Origin: Octopus bimaculoides
Lineage: Eukaryota
Direction: 5' to 3'
DNA length: 64,000 bases
NCBI RefSeq assembly: GCF_001194135.2
Contig: NC_068982.1
Location: 96,463,226 to 96,527,225, forward strand
Positions 39,061 to 49,278 of the stretch are shown here, one piece after another. A program made the position numbers and the translations under genes. The notes beneath the pieces are model-generated. The model was given only the letters and a program-made list of their open reading frames with translations, had not been told where the DNA came from and did not search any database. Position 1 is the stretch's first letter. Each line of letters starts with the position of its first letter.

Positions 39061-42001
39061 GGTATTAAACCACGACTGTATAATGTTGCTAGGAATATTA
39101 TTAGATCAGTGAACACTACGAAGGAAGGCACCAAAAAATTAGGTGAAGTGTATAATTCTGAGATGTATTCAACAAATATCCTGCAAGTCTGAATTAACTA
39201 TCTTGAAGTTGCCTCTACCAGGATTATTTAGGCAGACAGCAGATGGATTGGGTGAATTTCTGGAACCAAAAGAGAGATGAGTAGTGGGGGGAGCTTGTTT
39301 ATAGTCAAAAAAAAGTAACTCAACTGAAGAAACTTGGATTAATTGTTACAATTCCATTCCTTCTTTTGTAAATGTTACACTTAGGAGAGCACAACAGCAG
39401 ATCTTGTATCAACGGTGTTAGGCATGGTGAAATTTAGTGCTTTGTCCAGAAATACAGCATTGGCATCAGAATATTTTCTGGAGCCTAAATCAATCACATC
39501 GTGTCCACAATAAGGGATTAGAATGGGTCAGTGGGAGAAACCATGACATTTGAAAAATTGGAAATATGTATAAAATTGAAAGTACCATTAATGTTGCTAA
39601 TGTAGACTTTTTGTTATTTTAGCAGTAGTGAAAGGGTGATACACATAAATCCAATTGTAACAGATAAAAGAGGATATAATGTTAGTGTAAAATCTCTAAA
39701 TTATAAATATAGATAGGTGTGAACAAGAACTATTTAAATTATTATAGAGAATAGCAGCAACAAAAATGAACATCGAATGGAAATCTAACCAAAATTCTAC
39801 CAAGTAGAGTAGTTTGTACTCTTTATCTCCTTGTGTGAAATAGAAACCATTTAGTTATTTGTGGGTTTAAATGAAGGATCAAGAATGGAATTGGTAAGTA
39901 AAGTAGATATTCTTTTTCAGGAACATTCACAGAAAGTAAATGGAAAATGATTCTTGAGTAAATGTCCCACAGGAGATGTTTTAGTGTATGATTTACATTA
40001 CAAGAAACTAAATTCAGTATATGTCAAAGCCAAATATCTAATTTTGTCAAATGACTCCTTTTAAAACTCAAAAATAACAATATTGTGTATATGTAACAAA
40101 AGAGGTAAAATAGCTGACTGGACAGAATCTATTCATTTATAAGATTATATGTGCTAGGGGAGTGATTTGGCTTACACAGCAATATAATTTTAGAAAGATT
40201 CTGTTAATAATAATTCTAGGCTACACAAGAATTCACAAACAGTAATACTTAATTGATTATATTGTACAAAAATAGGGATTTGTGTCTCTTCAGTAAATAA
40301 ACTCCTGCATGTGCACACTTAACTCCTTGCAGTATTTGTTCTGACATTCAGAATAAGACTCTTAATTCTCCTGTATAAAACTATTCATGATAATAGTTGT
40401 TGTTTAGCTCCAGATTAACTCTAGTTTAGCAGATCTATGATCAAAGTTGTTCCAGCTGTGACTATTTCATCTTTTTGTATATCTATCCTTTTTTATGTTG
40501 GTTTGGTGTCATTTGGGGGAGTCTAATAAGTCAACAGACTGGGGAAGTTCCCGTTTTGAACATCAAATTACACTTTCATCCGGTTATCTGTATACTACAT
40601 TCCAGAAAGACCTAGAAATACAGAGGGTACTGTCTCTTCTCATCAAACTAATAGTCTCTCCTTCAGTTTACAGTCAATTATTGAAGGGGGTGAAATTGAT
40701 CTTGGTTACTGGTATTCATGAATTTCAGGTGATTATGCTTGACCAACAGTGGCAAGATTTTGACTAGGAACATTTTAATTTGCCACTCTTTTGTCTTAGC
40801 CCCCTACACTATTATCCTTACACTAAATAATAATGATTTCTTATATTAGAGCAAGATTCTAAATTTGAAAATGTAGAAGAGTCATAGCTGATTAAATTAA
40901 TCCTGATGTATTACTGGTACATTTATCAAGACCAGTGATACTTGATTTTTTTTTTAAATAGGCATAGAGGTGTACATATTTAAGAATACAGTGCTTGACT
41001 GTTACTTTATTGAAATACTAGAAGAATGAGAGAGAAATTTGAGGTCATTGGACTCAATGCATAATTAAATGTCACAAAACATTGTCTGCTGCTCAACTGA
41101 TTCAGACGAATTGCAATTTTCTTATGAATATAATTAAATGATCCTGTCAGGGAAAAAAAAAAACCTTGCTAGCATGAAAAACAGACATTAAACAACAATG
41201 GTGATGATGATATAAAACAATTTGTCAAGATACTTTTATAAAAATGATATTGCTGTATTGCAAATATGAGTTTTTACTGAAGTTTTTTAAATTCAACTTT
41301 TACATTTTATGTAATCTTACTTATATCTACAATATAAGAAGCTTACCTCTTTCAAAACCTACACCATAATTAATTACGTAAATAATTATCATGCCAACAC
41401 TAAAATGTGGCCTGACCATTAATAACCTCATGTTTTGTGGTTTTATTTACTCAGTTTTAATTTTTCCTCTCTCTCTCATAGTATTTCCATTTGTCAACTG
41501 TTTCTATTGTTCATAGTTTAATACAATATCTCCTTGTTAGCAAGATACCTAGAGATGAAAACTAAATTGAAATGAAATTTTTTGCACAACTGTACTAACA
41601 TGCGACCTAAACCAGAACTAGGGTCCAGTACTAATAGAATGCTGAATAAGACAATTAGATATTGTAATACAAGACTAAGTGCAAAAATAACTTCCATCAG
41701 GTTCATATAAAGCCTTGAACCAAGTACTGCAAGCTTGTTATTCATATAGTTATTATGCTCCTTATAGTTGAGAGTGATACTTAAACACTGCCTACTTATA
41801 GCTATTATGAGTTCAGTAATTTAGTGTCTTGATCATGAAATCAGCGCAACAGAGGTGATGGGATACAAGCTGCTTACTTCTCAATCTGTAGTCCAGGCAT
41901 TTTGGTTTCTTATGAATTTCATCTGTAATGATTTTAATTACTTGGTTAACACACAGGCAAGTTTCAACATAGTTGACAGAATGTAGCAATCAGCATCTTA
42001 A

Positions 42002-42199
42002 CCCCTTAGCATTTAAACTAGCTGAATCCATGCCCAAACTGGCCAGATCCTGCCTCTAACACCTACCCTACAATGTCACTTTAAAACTCAACAATCACAT
42101 CATTGAAGTCCTGATGCTACAAGACAATTGCATGATTAATTCAAAATTATGTGGATAAATAAGTATTACATTTGACAGAGTAATCTGAATGCTAAAGGA
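42002..42199. mobile_element. piggyBac-like TTAA MITE, inverted copy of 6833-7054
   Basis: TTAA|ccccttagcatt ... aatgctaaagga|TTAA. Confidence 0.8.
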
Positions 42200-45100
42200 T
42201 TAATTCACCAACACCATTATATTTGCTATCATTTATCATCATCATTGCTGTTATCGACATCACCACCACAACTGCTAGATTTCAAAAAAAAATTTTATAT
42301 TCATCTGTTTCTAACAAACACACTGACATAGAAATAATTCCTTTCCCAAAGCTCTGGTTGTTACTACCTCGTGACTTAATTGTGCCTTCTAGTGAATCAT
42401 ATGAATGAAAGACAAAATATCCCTGTAGTCTAAATGTTAGTTTATTATAAGTGTGCTTTTGCAAAAGTTCATGACAACTACATAAAGTGAAGCTCAAAAA
42501 TCCTGTCTTCTGTCACAATGAAATGTCCTACAGAGGATTTAAACCTTCCATTCATTGGTTTGGAGTCCAATATCTTACCCATTCCATATTTACAGCTTTA
42601 TATCTTATACATATATTGAAATGAGACGGAAAGGAAGGGAAAGGTAAAAGAAACGAATGTAAGTGTGGCCCTAGGTCAGCTAACTGAGCTTACTTATGAT
42701 TAACAGCATTCTAACACTAATTGTCCCGTCTTCTTTCAGACATAATACATCCTGGACTACATTTATTTCATGCGTTTTTCCTTTATGAAGGATATGATTT
42801 AAGGCAAATTTGACTGTTATTTCTGGCAAATAGAGTGACTATGTGTAGCCGAGTTAATGAGATATACAACAGAGTGAATTGGCAGAATCATCAGTGTCAA
42901 ATGCCTTCTGGTGTTTATGTTTTGACTCTTATATTCTCAATTCAAATCCCATCAATACTGTCTCTGCCATTTATCCTTCCTGGGTCAAAAAAATAAAGTT
43001 CCAGTCCAGGGTAGTAGACAGGTGGAATTGCCAAAGCACTGGACAAAAGGCTTTGTAGTATTCATTCAGGTCTGGATCTTTATGTTTTGAAGGCCCAAAC
43101 TAGGTGAACTTGTCTGTCTCTAGCTGACAAGATGGCACTTTGTAAAAAGTATTCAGAGGAAGGCAATGGGAAAATACTTTTGTGTTTTTTTATGAAAATT
43201 CCATTATAAACATATTTGACAAGGAGTTCACTGACCTGAAGATGCAAGAAAGAATAAGATATAAAGTTCCAGTCACTAAATAACCTATCACAAAATAGAT
43301 AACAAGAATTGTTGAATAATGTTGTTGTCTAAAGTCCAGCTCACCTCTGGTCATGCACACCTGTGACCAAAGGTATTCCAGCCATTTTTAGGCATAGTTT
43401 ATCTAAAGCTACATAATCTAATCTATCCTTTCCATTTTTAAGATAAGGTATGATAAGAGGGGAGATTTGACCACAATTTCTAGCAGGTTCAGCAGCCATA
43501 GAGCTTCCTCGTTATCACAATTGTACCATGCACTGTCAGTGACTTAAGTCTGTTTAAAACCATACTTGAAACTGAATCATGAAAACATTTTGTCAGTAAA
43601 TATTTTCTTTAAAAGGACAGAGGTATGTGTATTTTGTTAATAATTTTTTATGAAACTATTTTTCAACTAAAGGCAAGAAGGTTGTAAATAAACTATAGCC
43701 ACATGTGTTCATGTTATATTTTGGTATTAATTGTCTATAAACATGTATAATGTGTGTGCGTGTGTGTATTAAAGTGAAAGTATGTTACAGATTAAAACAT
43801 CTGATATAGAACTGAATATGAAATGTAGCCAAACATATTTTTTTATATCATAAATAGTGACATTTTTATCTTTTGATTTGGGAGTGAAAATCAGTTCCCA
43901 TGGCATTTCACAGGGCCTCTAGGACTAGTGGGAGGGAGAAGAGTGGACTCCCCTATAGGTATCCAAAGTGCCAGATGGTAGAGTTAAATTATGATTCGAA
44001 CGCAGAATGCAAAGAGCCAGAACAAATATCTCTAGAATTTTCGTCTGATGTTCTTACAGTTCTACCAATTCTGGATTGGTTAGGATTTTTCTTTTTAAAT
44101 CAGCCCCAAAGGAACAGAAGGCTGGCTAAGTTACTCTTGGCAGGATTTGAACTTGGAACACTGAGTGTCAAAACATATACTGCAAGGCAATCTATCCCAT
44201 GCTCTAATGATTACTAATTTGCAGACTGTTTCTTGCGATTTGCCCTGCTGGCCTTTTTAGATTGTATATGAAAATGGCACTATTTATTGTGTAAATCGTG
44301 TGTATGTCTGTGTTCATACAATACCATAAGTGTAGCTAATAGGAAGAGACACTTGAAAATAAAATCAAGCAATATATTAAATATATATGCCTTCTCTGAA
44401 GCTGACCATTCCATCTACAAATAAGGAGCCATTGGACACCTAATAAATATCATAAAACAATATAAAAATGGAAAACATTATTTGATAACATAATTACCGC
44501 ATATAAAATTACCCAGATAAGTTGAAGATAGGTTGTGGAAGACCTATTTAAAAGCAGTACACAAGACAAAACAGTACTCACAGATAGTATTCCCTAGCAA
44601 CAGACTAACAGCAGACACCATGATCAAAATATTTCCTTATTGCCAAAAATTAAACCTGATGTCAGCGGTCAAAACATTTAAAGTCTGAAGATAACAAATG
44701 TGACATTAGTACAAACATCATCCACATGGTTCTTGTCTGTGGTGGAATAGAAATGACAACTGTAACTAAAATCATTTTATCCAAATGATATAGTAGGAAA
44801 AGAGTTGAAATGCTGATAATCTTTTTAAGATATATTCTTCCAAACAGAACTAATGAGTTTATAGAAGAACAATCTTTTACAGAAAGTTCAACAGTGGTAT
44901 ATAGTCTTGTTTTTTTTTTTTGTTTTTTTATCACATGCACATGCATGCTCGCACACACACACACACACACATTTATGTATACTATATAGCCACTCAAATT
45001 CTCTTTTCTAGTGTGCTTTTTTCAAATTTGTGGACAACTGATTATGTATATGCGTATATATATATTACGGAGATGTACTTGCATAGCAAGTGACCTGATC

Positions 45101-45205
45101 TGAAATCATGTGCTGGAACGAAAATAATTGCAGCATGGAAGGTGTTTATAAGCCATTTAAGAAACACACAAAAACCGTTAGATCCACTTCAACATTTAAA
45201 TTTAA

Positions 45206-45256
45206 TTTGCCAAAATATTTTCGGCGCTTTGAGACCGCGACCTGTTCACTGACAAA
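45206..45256 (-). ncRNA. Mirror copy of the G3-C8 hammerhead variant
   Basis: Same fold on the minus strand; stem II gtcgc/gcgcc has one mismatch. Confidence 0.5.
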
Positions 45257-45270
45257 ATTCCGTGCTGAAT

Positions 45271-45321
45271 TTTGTCAGTGAACAGGTCGCGGTCTCAAAG
45301 CGACGAAAATATTTTGGCAAA
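45271..45321 (+). ncRNA. Minimal type I hammerhead ribozyme with G3-C8 core variant
   Basis: Stem I tttgtca/tggcaaa; core GUGAACA plus extra G; stem II gtcgc/gcgac; GAAA; palindromic AAUAUU stem III; U17. Confidence 0.6.
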
Positions 45322-45435
45322 TTAAATTTAAATGTTGAAGTGAATCTAACGGTTTTTGTGTGTTTCTTAAATGATTTATAAACACCTTCCATGCTGCAAT
45401 TGTTTTATATATATACACACACACACGCGCGACAG

Positions 45436-45805
45436 ATTTATGATACTCAAAAAGTGCAATGATGTATGGTGGTAAAAGCATGGGCTGTCAATGCAGAGAA
45501 TTTGCAAAGACTCAACAGAAATGAAGCAAAGATGTTCCATTGGATGTGTAATTTTAGTTTGCATCAATGATGGAGTACAAATGAGATACAAGGGGGATCA
45601 AATGTAGTGTGCATAAAGGATCAGAACTACATAAAGAAATGCCCTGTGTTTAAATTGAAGGAAATCTTTGGAAGTCAGAAACCAAGGAAAACTTGCAATG
45701 AAGCAGTGAGGATAGATCTCTGGATGTTGCATCTCACAAAGGAGATGGCAATGGACTGGCAACACTCAATGCTAGAAAAAACCCATCCACTTGTGCAAGC
45801 ATGAT
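45436..45805 (+). mobile_element. RTE LINE 3' coding end, decayed
   Basis: SAMMYG..WAVNAENLQRLNRNEAKMFHWMC...PRKTCNEAVRIDL...MLEKTHP. Confidence 0.75.
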
Positions 45806-45987
45806 GAGATAATTGTCAAAAATGTTGGTAGGATCGAGGCAGGGAATTGCATGCACACACACATAGACATTGTCAATTAACATCTGATGTCTCACCTGCA
45901 TCGCTCCCATCTCTATTACTCACCCTTTCTTCTATTTACTGTTAATACTATGCTACTCGTGTAGTGTGAATGCGATATCAAATCCAC

Positions 45988-46143
45988 AAGTTTCTTGAAA
46001 GGAGAATATTCTGAGCAGCAGATATTCTAACTTGTACTGAAATGAGTTAGAAGAAGAGTTTTGCTAGAAACAACAGAATGCACCTCCTTTCATAGTAAAA
46101 TTTTATTTTCTGCCCGTGCAGACCATTGCTAGATTCCTTAGAT
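45988..46143. repeat. ~155-bp direct duplication, copy 1 (copy 2 at 47702-47855)
   Basis: aagtttcttgaaaggagaatattctgagcagcag...ccattgctagattccttagat occurs twice, over 90% identical by eye. Confidence 0.9.
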
Positions 46144-46169
46144 ATGTAACTTGTGTCCCTTCTTTTGTG

Positions 46170-46551
46170 TGGAGGGGGAATGGCCCAGTCGTTAGGGCAG
46201 CGGACTCGTGGTCGTAGGATCGCGGTTTCGATTCCCAGGCCGGGTTTTGTGAGTGTTTATTGAGCGAAAACACCTAAAGCTCCACGAAGCTCCGGCAGGG
46301 GATGGTGGCGAACCCTGCTGTACTCTTTCACCACAACTTTCTCTCATTCTATCTTCCTGTTTCTGTTGTGCTTATAATTCAAAGGGTCAGCCTTGTCACA
46401 CTGTGTCACGCTGAATATCCCCGAGAACTACGTTAAGGGTACACGTGTCTGTGGAGTGCTCAGCCACTTGCACGTTAATTTCACGAGCAGGCTGTTCCGT
46501 TGATCGGATCAACTGGAACCCTCGACGTCGTAAGCGACGGAGTGCCAACAA
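46170..46551 (+). mobile_element. Full-length SINE family A with perfect 13-bp TSD
   Basis: TSD cccttcttttgtg at 46157-46169 and 46552-46564. Confidence 0.95.
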
Positions 46552-48044
46552 CCCTTCTTTTGTGAAAATATTCACAAACAGGAAAATTATACACACACAA
46601 CAGTGAGTGAGTAGTTCCAATAAAAGAATGTGAACTTAACATTTCATTGCCATTCATAGTTTATTTTTGGATAGTTCTGTTTGCTCCAAATAGATACCAT
46701 TTGTATTTTCAATTCTTGACTATATATAGCAGCTCTGTTCAAGTCATAAATATTTATTTAGCTTTCAATAATGAGTTCAATTCTTTCCATGGACCTACAA
46801 AAATTTGTTTTATTATTAAAAACAACAAAACAGGAATTTTCAAGGTTTATATTAAGGATTAAGGTGCAGATTTAAAATATCTGTGTGTCTTTTGTCTCAA
46901 ATCCTATTTGGGTTGAGTTTGCTACATAAGTATTAGAGTATTATGTAGGTGGGTCAAGTTGTCCAGTTGATTTATTCACTTCCCTTTAAATAGCACCCAA
47001 GTAATCATTCCCATCATCTTATTCTTAATGTTTAGAAATATACAAACAAAAAAAACCATAAAAGACAAAACTATCAGATTTATCATTGATTACCAAAACA
47101 CATTGGTTCCTTTACTGCTGTAAATGGGTCAAGTTAAAATAAATGGTCTGTTCCTTCATTAACAACAACTGTTGAACTCCCTACCCACACTCCCCCAAAA
47201 AGTGGACAAAAGCAGCAGAAAAACAACCCAGGAACACACCAACAAATGAGTGACCCATTTATAACCCATAATAACTTCTTATAATGTTTTATACACCCCC
47301 TGCCCTTCACTGCCTCATTATTGTTTATTTGTTGGTTGGTTTTTCCTGAATACTTCTCAGCTGTGTGACCCAGTTTGTCTTAACCTACTCTATTTGCTTC
47401 TTCACATGAAACACACAAGTAAAGCAAGTGATATTCTGCAGGTCTGCAGTTTACTCTCTCTGCCTCCTCCCCCTTCACCTCTTGTGTAACACCTATTATT
47501 ATATAGCTAATTATGTAGTTGCTGGAACATTGTATATATACACTTACAACCAAAGAATGTTTCCATATCTCCTCATCACTGATTAGTTGTGTTTTATATT
47601 TTGTTAACATTTACTGTTTACCTATTTTCTTCCTACCTTTTTTTAAATGTATACGTGTGTGTGTGTGTTTCTGTACATATGTGTACAAGAGAAAATTTTG
47701 AAAGTTTCTTGAAAGGAGAATATTCTGAGCAGCAGATATTCTAACTTGTACTGAAATGACTTAAGAAGAGTCTTGTTAGAAACACCAGAATGCACCTCCT
47801 TTCAGAGTAAAATTTTATTTTCTGCCAGTGCAGACCATTGCTAGATTCCTTAGATTTTAGTTGATTTCTTTTTTCTTTTGTTTTTTTTTTTCAAGTTGAA
47901 ATATTTTGACATTGGATTGGAGGAGGCTTGAACTTGATCTTTGACTGTGAACAAAACAAAACCTTCACATATATTTAATTGCTAACCTTATGTTAGCTTT
48001 TGTGCTGCAGCTACGATGGCTAACTTGTTTTTATGTTTTCACAG

Positions 48045-48065
48045 ACAATCTTGACCTGTTGGGAA
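48045..48065 (+). CDS. Candidate 21-nt microexon
   Basis: ttgtttttatgttttcacAG|ACAATCTTGACCTGTTGGGAA|GTaaat; two open frames (NLDLLG or TILTCWE); no homology recognised. Confidence 0.15.
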
Positions 48066-48597
48066 GTAAATTAAGAAACAGTATTTTGGGTGCAGCTTAC
48101 TTCTGTGGAAATGAAGAGATTGATGTTTATATATTTTTTATTATTGTTTCAGTCACTGGACTGTGACCATGCTGGGACATATTTTTTAAGTCGGGTACTT
48201 ATTCTATTGGTCTCTTTTGCTGAACCACAAAGTTACAGAAACATGAACAAGCCAACACTGGTTATTAAGTTGTAGTGGTGGACAAACTCATGAACACAAG
48301 TACACATAGATATATACATATAGACAGCAATCTTTCCACTTGTTGCCACTACCCTATCCACTAAGGCAATCTCCATGTCCTAATCTCAGCACAGTGTTGT
48401 CCGTGGCCAGGACTTTTAAATCTCTAACAGCTCAGTTCATCTAGCTGTAAGTGGATGCCACAAATATTAGAATAACTCATTAATCTAAGTAGTTGCAATA
48501 CTGTTAATTTGCAGTGCTGCTGAGTTCAATTCCTCTTCTGGAAATTTAGGTTACCAATATAGATCTTGTAGGGTCTTAGTGACAATAGTCACCTTAC

Positions 48598-48805
48598 CAG
48601 TCACCACCAAAATTTCTGTTGACTTCATTATCATATGAACAATAATCTCTGAAAAGTATGGATTAAACTGTGAACAATCTATATTGCTGGAGGGTAGGGG
48701 TAATAATTGTCTTTTCATTGTATTGATCCAGTTCACATAGTGATGGAATTTTACCTTGAAGGACGTTCACCAATCATTGATGAAATTATTGTTACTTCCA
48801 TGGAT
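48598..48805 (-). CDS. Candidate pair of 51-nt phase-2 exons (48755-48805 and 48598-48648)
   Basis: Both are AG/GT bounded with a 106-nt intron; joined frame SMEVTIISSMIGERPSRDYCSYDNEVNRNFGGD; no homology recognised. Confidence 0.15.
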
Positions 48806-48933
48806 CTGACATAAATTATGCATTTCAAGTTTCACTTTTGACTAATTTCTCTGTAAAAGTTTCTAGGGAAAAAAACAGGCTGAATTACTTGGACATGTGT
48901 TCTTTGTAGAAAAAGATTATGGAGACTAATAGC

Positions 48934-49278
48934 TGTTGTTGTTGGCATTCCGTCGCTTACGACGTCGAGGGTTCCAGTTGGTCCGACCAACGGAATAGCC
49001 TTCTTGTGAAATTAATGTGCAAGTGGCTAAGCACTCCACAGACATGGTACCCTTAACGTAGTTCTCGGGGATATTCAGCGTGACACTATGACAAGGCTGA
49101 CTCTTTGAATTACAGGCACAACAGAAACAGGAAGAAAGAGTGAGAGAAAGTTGTGGTGAAAGAGTACAGCAGGGTTCGCCACTATCCCCTGCCGGAGCCT
49201 CGTGGAGCTTTAGGTGTTTTCCCTCAATAAACACTCACAACGCCCAGTCTGGGAATCGAAACCGCGATCCTATGACCA
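48934..49278 (-). mobile_element. 5'-truncated SINE family A with 11-bp TSD
   Basis: TSD agactaatagc at 48923-48933 and 49279-49289; first ~35 nt including the A box are missing. Confidence 0.9.

Larger units (their letters stand above)
45066..45406. mobile_element. Young Penelope-like terminal repeat in inverted (palindromic) arrangement, in (TA)n
   Basis: Arms 45121-45260 and 45267-45406 (140 bp, about 5 mismatches), 6-nt loop cgtgct, about 55 extra bp on the left, HHR fold in each arm. Palindrome is directly seen; PLE origin is inferred. Confidence 0.7.

Noticed and set aside
41518-41745. Hydrophobic 75-aa ORF resembling a membrane protein
   Set aside because: Hydrophobicity is explained by T-rich codons; no family motif or coherent exon chain.
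43900-44217. 105-aa ORF MAFHRAS...
   Set aside because: The middle and 3' parts are antisense reads of degraded SINE D heads (gaacgcagaatgcaaagagccagaac; ggatttgaacttgg).
44583-44622. Possible first coding exon MVSAVSLLLGNTI with gtgagt donor (minus strand)
   Set aside because: No recognisable downstream exon or homology; chance cannot be excluded.
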